DNA from: Thalia democratica
Taxonomy: Eukaryota
Length of the DNA stretch: 64,000 bases
Assembly: GCA_965202585.1 (NCBI GenBank)
Contig: OZ241832.1
Coordinates: 56,296,001-56,360,000 of the forward strand
Direction: 5' to 3'
Positions 40,144-51,310 of this stretch are shown here, piece after piece (the stretch's first letter is position 1; each line of letters starts with the position of its first letter). Under the pieces are notes generated by a model, which was not told the DNA's origin, searched no databases, and was given only the letters and a program-made list of their open reading frames with translations. A program made the translations under genes and the position numbers.

Positions 40144-40830
40144 TTCGTCAATAAATTATTAATTACTTATATGATAGATTTTTTGTGTCAAATCAAAATT
40201 TTACTACTGAAAATGTAAAAATTGTTAAAAGTTCCAGGTTTTTCCAGGTTTCTTTCAAAATTTCTTAAATTCCAGGTTTTTCCAGGTTATTTTTGCCTAA
40301 ATTGTCAAATTCCAGGTTTTTCAGGTTTCCAGGTGAAGTGGCAACCCTGTTTTGCTTTTGTGCTATTAACATGTTTTATTTTTACGTATTAAAATGTAGG
40401 TCGTTGTATAGTTTATGTGTTAATTAGACTAAATAACAAACATTTAAAAAGTTTTTAGAAAATGCAACCATATTAAACTAGCTATCTCCTTTAAATTAAA
40501 TTCAAGTAGAAAATTTACCTGCAGAAATTTGTGCAAAGAGGCGAAGAAACTGATGATGTAGCTTCTAAGTGGCTTTAAAATTAAATTGAGTTAGGAGTAA
40601 TTCACACATCAGGTACTTTCCCTATGATGAGGACTCACACATCAGGGTTTCCAACTTGATGTTAATGCCATCTCTGATCGTTTTCTTCAGCTTGGTCAGC
40701 TTCACTCAAATTACTCGCAGCAAACTGTTAATTATTTTATCAATTAAAAAAAAATATGTCTAAATTAAAATAATAATATATTTAAATTAAAAAAGCGCAT
40801 AAATTAAATTAAATTAAAAAGCGCATACGT

Positions 40831-41449
40831 AAAGAAATGGAACAAAAATTGGCAAACCAAATGTGATGAAGCTGAAGCTAAAGTTAGGACCAATAAAGAT
40901 ATTATTTACTCATTGGAAGCTGATGTAATGCCTGATAGACAGAACCAGGGTTATGTAATAGTCCCAAATGATAGTAATGTGGGCAATGTGAAGGAGTATG
41001 TAAAGCAAATTGATTCAGGGACAGCATCCACATCACAGCAAGTTGCTATTAGAGGGACTTTCACTTTGGAGGAGTTCAAGGGTTTGCATGACAGTATAAG
41101 TAAAGACATGAAGATGACTGAATATAAAGGCACAATTACCATGTCAGACATAGAATTTTATTCTTATGATAGGGTGCAGGTATTCAAGAAAATTTTCGAA
41201 TGTGCTCAAAAGGACTCAATTACTGGGAAAATTTTAAAGGATGATTTAGGAGCTGATATAACAGATATCTGTTTTATCTGGTTAATAAGGGGAACAAATT
41301 TCGATAAAATTAAGGATGGCCTAAGTCAAGTTACCAAGAAACGCATTGAGACCCTTATTAGCAGATACAGTTTTAAGAACCGTACGATAGATGCGGACAC
41401 AAAAAATATGACAAGATTACAGAATGACACGTTAACTGTATCCAGATTT
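40831..41449 (+). other. Endogenous viral element, Phenuiviridae-like nucleocapsid, copy A (5'-truncated)
   Basis: Viral part of ORF 40913-41608; near-identical to 50725-51310. Confidence 0.85.
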
Positions 41450-41608
41450 AGGTCCTACAGCACTAAACTGCACGACAAAATTAAACGTTACCAAACATAC
41501 AAGTTTCATTATACTTACTATACGAAAAAAGATAAATGCTTTAAGCTGACATTGTGTTGCACTGTTAAATACTGTAATGTGAAATGGAAAGGAATTGTTA
41601 ACAAATAA
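40913..41608 (+). CDS. Chimeric ORF: phenuivirus-like N fragment fused to a transposon-derived C-terminus (231 aa as tracked, TTG start)
   Basis: Residues up to TLTVSRF are N-like. RSYSTKLHD... onward matches repeat sequence also present at the empty sites 21121 and 53571. Confidence 0.55.
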   Translation: MEADVMPDRQNQGYVIVPNDSNVGNVKEYVKQIDSGTASTSQQVAIRGTFTLEEFKGLHDSISKDMKMTEYKGTITMSDIEFYSYDRVQVFKKIFECAQKDSITGKILKDDLGADITDICFIWLIRGTNFDKIKDGLSQVTKKRIETLISRYSFKNRTIDADTKNMTRLQNDTLTVSRFRSYSTKLHDKIKRYQTYKFHYTYYTKKDKCFKLTLCCTVKYCNVKWKGIVNK

Positions 41609-44600
41609 AATATTGAACTGCAATGATTCAATGTTCCAAACCACAAAAATACCAATAAATATAGGAGGACTAAACTTAGTCAAAAACAATCTGGTAATAG
41701 TTGTATAAAATTGAAATCGTAAACATCAATATAAATAACAACTTTTTAAACATATCTAAAATAGTAAATTGTTGCTTATTAAACTTATTATTAGCTAAAC
41801 ATTTTTTGAAATTTAATAATTTTAAAGCTATCAAAGTTATGCTTTTAAAACAAGTTTTACTTGAAAAGAAACTATGGAACATCTGTTAGACGAAAATAGC
41901 AACATTGACTTCGTTGCTTAAAATTTCAAAATCGGTTAAAAGAAATGAATTAGATAGAGGCAAACAAAACATATTTTGGAAAGAGTAAAAAAAGACTAGA
42001 TCTTTTCAAAAAGTATCAACTTTTCTATTGTAATTTACATAGCTATGTTTTTTATCACAAAGATTTTAATCAAAACCGAAATTACATAATGTACAATATA
42101 TCTTTATAATATCAGTTTATGGTAATAACTTGAAAACAGTTCATTCTAATATTGTAAATATACATCCAGAAATCAATTACAAAAATTTTATTTTGAAACA
42201 GGTTGTATCTGTTTTCAAAGAATACATAAAAAAATTGTTGTTGTTAGAGTTAGAAAAACGTATGCCAACAAACATACGCTTCATGATGTCTTTTAATGTT
42301 GTTTACCAAGTTGGTTATGTTGTTTAGTTGATTTGTGTTTAATGAGCTAAATATTTTATGATAAAAAAACATATACAAGCCGAAAACTGCACGTAATAAT
42401 AAAAATAAATGTAATGTAAACATTTAAAGGCTATAAAGGAGTCACATCCCTACATGGAGGATTTTTTGGAGTTGCCTAATGTAAAGTCTTTGTACTGTTC
42501 TGACCACAAGCAAGTTATAATAGATAAATACGAAGGGTTGATGACTTATGACTGTTTGATTAGTTAGTTAAATTGGTATTTATAAAGATAGACCAAACTG
42601 TTGAATAATGTCAACTGTTACTTTATTATATCTGTCATAACATATTTATCATCCCTGTTAATTTTTTGTTCATGTTAACTCAAAAAGCAAATTTGTACAG
42701 TAAATATTTTTAAAAAATAATAATACTTAGTTGACAGTAAAGATTTTTTTGTTGTTTTAGTTTTTTGCTATAAAAATTTCTTCATTATATAAAGCTAATA
42801 GAGTAGGACAAATGATATCAACAATTACACCAACACTCATGTGGAAAAAATTGTGTCACAAAATAGGAAATAATGTTTTCAAAAATAAAATATACAGTTT
42901 CAAAATTTTTGTAGAATTACTATAAACAAATTTAAACAGGCGATATATTGATACAAAAGTAATTTATCTATACAAAACGTTTGTATGGATAAAATTAAGG
43001 GGAATCTTAGAAAACTAAATGTCAGCAGTTCGTCTTTAGCTGCAGAGATGCGGTCTAAGAAGAGAGCTGCAAGCCACGTTATCCCAAATAAAACTAAAAC
43101 TAAACATGCTTCACTTTTAAGCTAGTCACGTTCAAGTGACAATAAATCTTAACTAACTTCTTTTACAAGTCCTTATGTAGCACCACTTTGAATCGAAATG
43201 ATGTTTTTTTTTCACATTATGTATTGATAATATCTATGATAATATAATTGATAATATCTAATAGCTAAGCAGATTATAAAGGTTATACAAATCTAAAATA
43301 TCCTTGACACATTAAAAGGAGATCATTCACTTAAGGAAACATAGTAAATAGATATTTCGAAATAACTCGACAACAGAGCAAAAATAATTTTGATGGAACA
43401 TATCTCAATTGTTTTAAACAATGTAACATTGTAAAAGAACTTGAAGAATCTAACTTCATCTTAAACTTTACCACAAGTGATTTGACACAATGTAATTTAG
43501 ATAATGCTGCTGACACTTTTAAAAACCAGATGGCCATATAAGTGGAGTTAATGTTTGCCAAATTGCAAAATGTATTTCAAGGAGAGAGATTTGCAATCTG
43601 TCCATCTGATCTCCCAGCTATGAGAAAAAAGATGGTGGATAGGCTTGCTATTGGCTTTCTTTTTAATTACAACTGTTAGTAAGGTAGATATGCATAGATG
43701 ACAATATCCTAAGACACATACTGAAAAACAATTAAAAACGGAATCTACACTAAATCAAAGGTACAATAACAAAACATTTTAATATAATGATTCTGCCTAC
43801 GCCTACCCTCTATTTAAAACACATAAACTGGAAAATTCTAAAATAAGTAAAACAAGAGTGCTTGACATACCTGTACGCCTAGCACAGCATCTTTACATTA
43901 ATTTTTAGATAAGAACCAAATTTATATGAAAAATGTTACAAGTACTTTTTTTTCAAGTTCTCTTCAGAAAATATACGATAACAAACAGATATAAGATATA
44001 ACATAAATCTTATAAAGCTGCATGCAGCAACAACTTCCAGATGTACATATTTCACACAACAACACGTAAACTTGTTCAATTTATAGGTGAAAAACTAAAT
44101 AGTTCTAGTTGTAATTTATACGATAAGAAAATAAATTTTCTCAAAAATAAAAGTTTAACCCCATTCAAAAATTTTATTGAAACCCTGATATATATAGGGA
44201 CGCACAACAGGTGTCAAATATGAAAAGAAAATGTGCTGTAAATTATAGTAGTGGTAATAAATTTAGAATATTTAAAAATATTGCAGACGAATTTCAGTCA
44301 ATCAAAATTGAAAATTTCAAAAATCATTTAAGTTAATAAATAACACTAATGACAACTCAATTGATTGGATTTGCCTGCTGTCATATTAGATGACATTAAA
44401 ATACTTAAGAAAATGTTGTTTTTTTCACTAAGAGATAAATTGATTTTGTACTTTGACAAAACCTTAAACTGCTCAGTATATCATATCAGCACAGTTTCTT
44501 TTCTTTTAGAAAGGGTGATAAAAAAACTAGATCACAGACTCAGATATTAGGGGTCTATTTACTCGATAAATCTAGTAATAAAAGTATTTATACCTAATTT

Positions 44601-44689
44601 TATGATCATAAAAAGTAGTTATGATGTCCCTTAAAAATAAATATAGTTCAAGTTATTCCTTTGAGAATTTGTTTGTATTTTGCTCAGAT

Positions 44690-45303
44690 AAGGAAGGAGG
44701 CATTGTTTCGGCTCTAAAAGAATGCTTTAATAACATTGACACATTTTATTGTTGTATTCATGTATAAAAAACATTTCACACAAACTTAAAAGTAATCCTA
44801 ACTTAAAATTTTTGACTTAATGTAAAAAATAGAAGAGTTAAATGATAAATATGCTTTTATAACAAGCTCTGAATTGAATATGATATAAATAGTAATAAAA
44901 ATATTCAAGATTATGTTTAAAAGATGTATTCTAAAACCAAAAATTATGTAATATAACCACTATAAAATTTTGTAAATGCAGCAGTGACCTGTGCAATTGT
45001 TCTGCAATAATGAACAATTGTGCAGAGTCAGCAAACGCTAAAATACATAAAAAATTAGAACTTGAAACTTCAAATCCCTCCGAGTTAATTGATAGTTTGA
45101 GAGAACTAAACAATCATCAACTTAACCACTTCAAGCAAATGTTTTCTAACAATGCTGACTTTATATTTACTGGTAGTAGTTTTGAATTTAATAGTATAGA
45201 TGAAGAGTTTAAAGATTGTTTGTATGACCAATTTTTTGAAACTGACCTTTTTTCTTCTTCAGTTGAAGAAAATATTATTATTTATCTAAGAAGTACATTA
45301 TAA
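44690..45303 (+). pseudogene. MULE-type transposase C-terminal remnant (copies at ~21600-22150, 56600-57212, 59810-60000)
   Basis: MNNCAESANAKIHKKL...ELIDSLRELNNHQ resembles the Mutator TNNxxESxNxxxK motif and the helix that follows it. Confidence 0.5.
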
Positions 45304-45589
45304 TTTATTAACAATAGATAATACATTAAGCCCTTGGATGGAGAAAAATTATATACCTTAGGCTTGGCAGCAACAGCACATAAGCCTTATATTAGGCCAA
45401 AAGTTATCATATTAATTTCTAAGATAGTTTTTTATTTGTTTTGCTGTAAAAACAAACACTTAAAAAACTTGAACTAGAAGAAAGGCTATTTTGATCCTTA
45501 ACATAACAACTTAAACAAGCATGCAATAGAAAGTTCAGTATCATGCAGTTCTGAAGATGAGGAAGAAAACATCATATCCCTACCATACA

Positions 45590-46200
45590 AGTACAATGGA
45601 GCAGCTGCAATGATTGGAAGACACAAAGGATTAATTGCTTATATAAAACAAAAGAATCCCAAGTGTCAGTTTCTTCACATCATGTTACAATAGTAGCTAA
45701 AAAATGGCATGAAAAGAATCTGAACAACGTACTTTACTAAAAAAATTTTCTGACGTTGTGATGATTATAAATTCATACAACAAAAATTCTTTAGCAGAAC
45801 ACGACACACTTATCATTCATTCAGAAGTTCGATTTCTGCCAATACAAAAAGTCCTCAAAAGATCTATCGTATTAAAAGAAACAATAGAAAACTTTCTTAT
45901 TCAGAACAAAAGTGAAAGTGCAAATCACTTCAAAGATCTAGAGCGGCTTGGTGGAGATCACTAATTATTTTCTATTTTTTAGAACTGAACATACTAAATA
46001 CTTCACTCCGAAGTTCAGGTGAAGGTTTATTTTCATTGGAAAAACAACAACCTGGAAAGAAAAGTTATCACGTTGGGTTGACAAAAGTCAACACTGTAGA
46101 TATTTCCATGTTACCAGATCTTAGAACTTTTTTGAAAACATGCAAGTGGTAAACTGAACATCCTGATCTGGAGAGTAAATTAAAGAGATTTGTTATAAAT
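45590..46200 (+). pseudogene. hAT Buster/Charlie (FAM200/ZBED8-like) transposase fragment
   Basis: NGAAAMIGRHKGLIAYIK...HSEVRFL..QKVLKRSIVLKETIENFL...LNILNTSL matches DGAxAMxG..G.../HTEVRWLS.GKVL.R...L/LNxLNxSLQ. Confidence 0.75.
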
Positions 46201-46562
46201 TATATAAACCTTCTTTCTGACAATTGTTCTTTATATTTCCCAAAAATAATATCAGATGATTGTAAAAAAAATGTTAGTGGATTGTTAATTAATTTATCTA
46301 CAAGGATTATAATGATTACAATCTAAATGTGACCAGTGAAGTAATAATAGAGTTCAAGAAGCTAACTTCCATTGTTCAAAAATTCTTCTGGGTTAAAGTT
46401 GAAAATTTTCCTGACAGCAAAGTTTAGATGTCATATTAATATAAACATAATATTTAGTTTGAGAAAGTTTAATATGAGTTATTTACAGAAATCAAACATG
46501 AAAAGAAAGTTCAACAGTTTAATTCACTCTAAACATTTATTCAACTTTGCACAAATAAAAGG

Positions 46563-47590
46563 ACAAATATTAAACTAGCATTGATTTGCAAGTAACTCAC
46601 TGAATCTGGATCAAATCTACAGCAACCTATATCAAATCCTGGGTGCCAAACACAGGTTAGAATAAAATTAAGAATATTATCAATAATATAAAGTATACAA
46701 ACTAATGTTGCTACTGATAATGCTGAAAAGTTTACCTGTGCAAAGGTTTTGTTTAAAGCTTAACAACGATATTTTGCAAAGTAAAATGAACGCATACAAG
46801 GTTTCTTTAAAAGCTGAAACCTACAAAAATGCTAACATTATAGAACCTTGGAGTTCAAAGATATCTCTAACAACAGAAGATTTCATCACAAAGTTTTTGA
46901 AGGATGGTTTGAAAGAGCTGTAACCAGCTCAGTGGACAATGATTAAAATAGAATAACAAACTCAATATTTGAACCTTGGTTCAAAGTGGTAAAACACAAT
47001 ATTTTTTCCTGAACAAAAGAAACTCCAAATAACTAAATTTATCACCGATATGTTTCAACAGTCAAACGGGAAAAAATCGAGTACAACACATTTTCAAATA
47101 GCAGAAAATTTACACGAAAAGCTAGAATGGATATCGATAAGTAAAATGAACAACAAAAACAGTAGTTGTTCGACGAAAGTAAGGCTGAGAAGAATATTTC
47201 AAAATAATCAAGTTAGTTTTTTGAAGCACCTGTAATATGAAAATATGTTATTTACAGTGTACAACAACATCCTTGTAGACGCCAACGGGGCGTCGATGGA
47301 TTACTGCCATTATACAGTAAACCATAGTGTCAGTTTCGTCAATCCTTTTACCGTTGGATTCATACCCAAACCGTGGAAAGGTGTTAGGGAGACCTGAAGG
47401 ACCACATAAGTGGTCGTGGCAAAGGGATGAAATTAGAATAAAATGTGTTAAGATATTTGTTTTTAAAAATGCACAAAATAAACAAGTTTCATCAGTTGTT
47501 GATTGAGTGCGGGAAGTCATTCTTGTACGAAAAATAAGACTTATGTTCAATTTTAACTACTAATTAGTAAATAAATAATTAGACACAGCT
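46563..47590 (+). pseudogene. Mutator/NOF-like transposase remnant (direct duplicate at 48033-49110; piece at 62425-62510)
   Basis: ~1 kb direct duplication. Translation includes TDNAEKFTCAKVLF and RITNSIFEPWFKVVKHNIF...ITKFI (TNxxxExWFxxxKxxhF motif). Confidence 0.45.
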
Positions 47591-49559
47591 TTAAACTCAA
47601 CAATACATATTTTTTTGTAATTAGTTACAATTAAGGGAGATAATAAAAAGCATATGAAAACAATTTTGACCAAAATAAAAATAAATTTGTTGCTAATCTT
47701 ACTAAGAATGTTATAGTAAAGAATATTAGACAATCACGTCCTTTTCGCAAAGATGGTGCTCTCACAGACACATCTGGAAGAGTACAATCACAGATGATGT
47801 TAGTAATAGAGCAGCAGTTAAACTACATTACACCAAAAAACACAAAACATCAAAAAAGATTTTAAAGAAGTTTTTTTAATTATCTTTTTAGACACCACTA
47901 ATAATTATTCAGACTTAGATATTTATAACCCTATGGTAGAGTTCACTATTTATTTTCTATTTTTATAGAACTGAGCATACATATATTTCACTCCAAAGTT
48001 CAGGTGAATAATTTTTAAATTATTAAAACTCAAAATATTAAACTAGCTTTTAATTTGCAAGTACCACACTGAATCTGGATCAAATCTACAGCAACCTATA
48101 TCAAATCCTGGGTGCCAAATACAGGTTAGAATAAAATTAAGAATATCATTAATAATATTAAGTATATAAACTAATGTTGCTACTGATAAGGCTGAAAAGT
48201 TTACCTGTGCAAAGGTCTTGTTTAAAGCTTGACAACGATATTTTGCAAAGTAAAATGAACGCATACAAGGTTTCTTTAAAAGCTAAAACCTACAAAAATG
48301 CTAACATTATAGAACCTTGGAGTTCAAAGATATCTCTAACAAAGAAGATTTTACCACAAAGTTTTTAAAGGATGGTTTGAAAGAGTTGTAGCCAGCTCAG
48401 TGGACAATGATTAAATTATAATAACAAACTCAATATTTTAATTTTGGTTTAAGGTGGTAAAACACAATATTTTTTCCTGAACAAAAGAAACTCAAAATAA
48501 CTAAATTTATCACCGATATGTTTCAACAGTCAAACAAAAAAAAATCAAGTACAATCTCTTTCTAACAGCAGAAAATTTACACGAAAAGCTAGAATGGATA
48601 TCGATAAGAAAAATGAACAACAAAAACAGAAGTTGTTAGACGAAAGTAATGCTGAGAAGAATACTGTTAAAGAAATTGATTAGACCTATTTTGACCAAAC
48701 ATGATGATTTCAAAATCATCAAGTAAGTTTTTTAAGCACCTGTAATATGAAAATATGTTATTTAACAGTGTACAACAACAAACTTTGTAGACGCCAACGG
48801 GGCGTCGATGGATTACTGCCATTATACAGTAAACCATAGTGTCAGTTTCGTCAATCCTTTTAACCGTTGGATTCATACCCAAAGAGTAGAAAGGTTTTGG
48901 GGAGACCTGAAGGACCACACAAGTGGTCGTGTAAAAGGTATGAAAATTGAATAAAATGTGTTAAGATATTTGATTTTAAAAATGCACAAAATAAACAAGT
49001 TTCATCAGTTGTAGATTGAGTGCGCAAAGTCATTCTCGTACAAAGAAGAAAACTAATATTTAAATTTAGCACAACAAAAAAACCTGATTTTTAAAACATT
49101 GTAAATAAATAATTAGAAACAGCCCTAAAGCTCAAAATGATGTTGAGTATATCCACTTTTTTGGCAGTTGTTGCAAAAAGGGGAATAAGCAGGTTATCTT
49201 ACCGGACAGTAAACAGTGTCATTTACGTAACAATCATTGAATAAACTTAACTACTCAAATTTTCAACTTTTTCCAAACCAACTTTGACTAATAGTGCTTA
49301 ATGCGGCTCACCAGGTACTACATTTACAAATAGACAAGTCTATACTAGCTGTCGCAAGAATTTATTAAAGACCGTCTCTAAAAATGTATGTGTAGCAATG
49401 CGCAAGATCGTTTCTAATATGTGAGGCAGTGAAAGCTGATTCAGTAAATACAGATGATGGTTACTAAAAAAAAATTGATGCAAAGATCAGTTTAATGGAA
49501 AGTAGACGCGTATTAAGCTTTCCTAATAATTCTGTTAGGATAACTATAGAGAAATAGTT

Positions 49560-49801
49560 ATAGAAAATAACTTAAGAAAAAGTAGTTTAGACAATTGCAT
49601 GCTTGCAATGTGACAATATCATACATAAGCAGATCAAATGAAGATATTGTTTCTACATTTCTTCATTTACAAACAATTAAAACAAAAACTGCATTAGATA
49701 TAGCATGTGGCTTCAAAAAAGTGCTAAATGTGTGTGGAATAGACTTGAAAAACGTTGTTGCAGATGTAAGTATTATGTTCCTGAAAAACTTTAAATGTTA
49801 A
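49560..49801 (+). pseudogene. hAT (Ac-type) catalytic-domain fragment (paralogue ~52600-52830)
   Basis: VTISYISRSNEDIVSTFLHLQTIKTKTALDIACGFKKVLNVCGIDLKNVVAD resembles the hAT GVT.H/Y.....L......TA..I......+GI....V.D segment. Confidence 0.5.
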
Positions 49802-50403
49802 TTTTTTATTAAAAACTATGTCTGATCACTTAAATAATAGATAATAAATTTGAACTGATGCTAATTGCAATCGAAGAAAACTCTGGTCACATGAAGTGGT
49901 ACAAGTGACTTTGTGGCACAAGTTTACGCCAAAACGGGGAAAACATAATTTTCCTTAGGCTTGACAGCAACAGCACATATGCATTACATATGGAGCAAAA
50001 ATTATCGTAATAATTTGCAAAATTGTTTAATATATTTGTTTTGTTCCTAAAACAAATAGCTTAAACAAGCATGCAATAGAAAGTTCAGAATCATGTAGTT
50101 CTAAAGATATGGAAGAAAATTTCATATCCCTACCAGTTTCAGAAGAGGAGTGTAAACTTATTTATAGTGAAAACAGTAATTTAACTGGAAAATGTATTAG
50201 GTTGACTAAAAATGATTTCACCAATGTAAGTATGTAACTTGTTTCTTAATCTTAATAAAGTTTTATATCGAACTTTTCTATCACAATTGTTGTTATAAAA
50301 TCAGAAAATAGTAAGTAAAACTTAAAAAGAACATTTAAAAAAACTTAGGAGTCAGAAATGAAATAAGATTCCAAAGGCGTTTATTGTTTTTATTTATCAA
50401 TAT

Positions 50404-51310
50404 TTAGACGCCAGTTGGTGAAAGTAATTATGTCTTATTTGGAATTAGAAAGTACTAGGGAAATTTTGAGACCTATGCCATGTCAAATGATGGTAGCTCT
50501 GCACACTGAGCTTCAGATGACTGAGGACAGACTTGGGAGAGAAGGGGAATCAGATGCAGATGATCCCCGATTTGCAGATGTTTTGACCCTTGATTTGGCT
50601 GTAAGAGAAGAAGTTGTTACGAGAGAAAACATCGAAATCATGAGGAAGGAAATTGAGCTTACTAAAAGAATTATGAGATTCGATGCTCATAATTCTGGGA
50701 AAACAAAAGCACAAAAGAAAGTACAAAGAAATGGATCAAAAATTGGCAAACCAATAAAGATATTATTTACTCATTGGAAGCTGATGTAATGCCTGATAGA
50801 CAGAACCAGGGTTATGTAATAGTCCCAAATGATAGTAATGTGGGCAATGTGAAGGAGTATGTAAAGCAAATTGATTCAGGGACAGCATCCATATCACAGC
50901 AAGTTGCTATTAGAGTGACTTTCACTTTGGAGGAGTTCAAGGGTTTGCATGACAGTATAAGTAAAGACATGAAGATGACTGAATATAAAGGCACAATTAC
51001 CATGTCAGACATAGAATTTTATTCTTATGATAGGGTGCAGGTATTCAAGAAAATTTTCGAATGTGCTCAAAAGGACTCAATTACTGGGAAAATTTCAAAG
51101 GATGATTTAGGAGCTGATATAACAAATATCTGTTTTATCTGGTTAATAAGGGGAACAAATTTCGATAAAATTAAGGATGGCCTAAGTCAAGTTACCAAGA
51201 AACGCATAGAGACCCTTATTAGCAGATACAGTTTTAAGAACCGTACGATAGATGCGGACACAAAAAATATGACAAGATTACAGAATGACACGTTAACTGT
51301 ATCCAGATTT
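50404..51310 (+). other. Endogenous viral element, Phenuiviridae (Tenuivirus/Phlebovirus-like) nucleocapsid, copy B (longest)
   Basis: TLEEFKGLHDSISKD..IEFYSYD..DDLGADITDICFIWLIRGTNF..TLISRYSF..DTLTVSRF parallels tenuivirus N as recalled (TLADLQKAINDISKD..IEYAGYD..DTLAKDM..VRGTGF..TLVSRYGI..NAITLGRL) and phlebovirus N (RGN..LINKY.LK..DELTLSRV). The insert is GC-richer than its flanks and absent at paralogous sites. Confidence 0.88.
50415..50789 (+). pseudogene. 5' ORF of the viral insert; probable frameshifted N-terminal part of the same viral gene
   Basis: Open from the left junction; overlaps the N frame, which is itself open from 50693, across an A-rich stretch. Confidence 0.5.

Larger units (their letters stand above)
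37339..40162 (+). mobile_element. Penelope-like retroelement (probably Naiad group), near full length, with direct terminal repeats
   Basis: ~280 bp direct repeats at ~37342-37622 and ~39885-40165; TTACTTATATGATA duplicated at 37325-37338 and 40163-40176; RT plus GIY-YIG ORF between the repeats. Confidence 0.92.
37113..40349. mobile_element. MITE (CAGGG-TIR family) interrupted by the Penelope-like element
   Basis: TIRs cagggttgccac (37113) and gtggcaaccctg (40338-40349). The two halves rejoin to match 27720-28126. Confidence 0.8.
40831..46200. repeat. Segmental duplication of a TE/EVE mosaic (partner 50725-52367 plus 54411-58130)
   Basis: 40831-42506 = 50725-52367 and 42507-~46200 = 54411-~58130, near-identical at first and more diverged distally. 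A further partial copy starts at ~63720. Confidence 0.92.

Noticed and set aside
40951-41889. Short ORFs antisense to or just after the EVE (40951-41151, 41432-41689, 41676-41882, 41701-41889 and their 50.8-51.8 kb twins) as an ambisense NSs gene
   Set aside because: They are shadow frames or lie in TE-derived sequence that is also present at empty sites, and they show no viral motifs.
43714-43726. ACACATACTGAAA, a 13-nt match to the Hydra SL-B spliced leader as I recall it (also 55634-55646)
   Set aside because: The match does not extend to the rest of the leader or a GT donor/Sm site. It lies in a duplicated TE mosaic and is probably chance.
43950-43975. Minus-strand CTGAAGA...GAAA hammerhead-like core (also ~55865-55890)
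   Set aside because: Only 6 nt between the core halves, with no stem II, no stem I pairing and no NUH context.
45621-45628. ACACAAAG, the phenuivirus segment-terminal motif (also 57530-57537)
   Set aside because: It falls inside the hAT coding motif GRHKG, far from the EVE ends. No terminal panhandle flanks the N insert.
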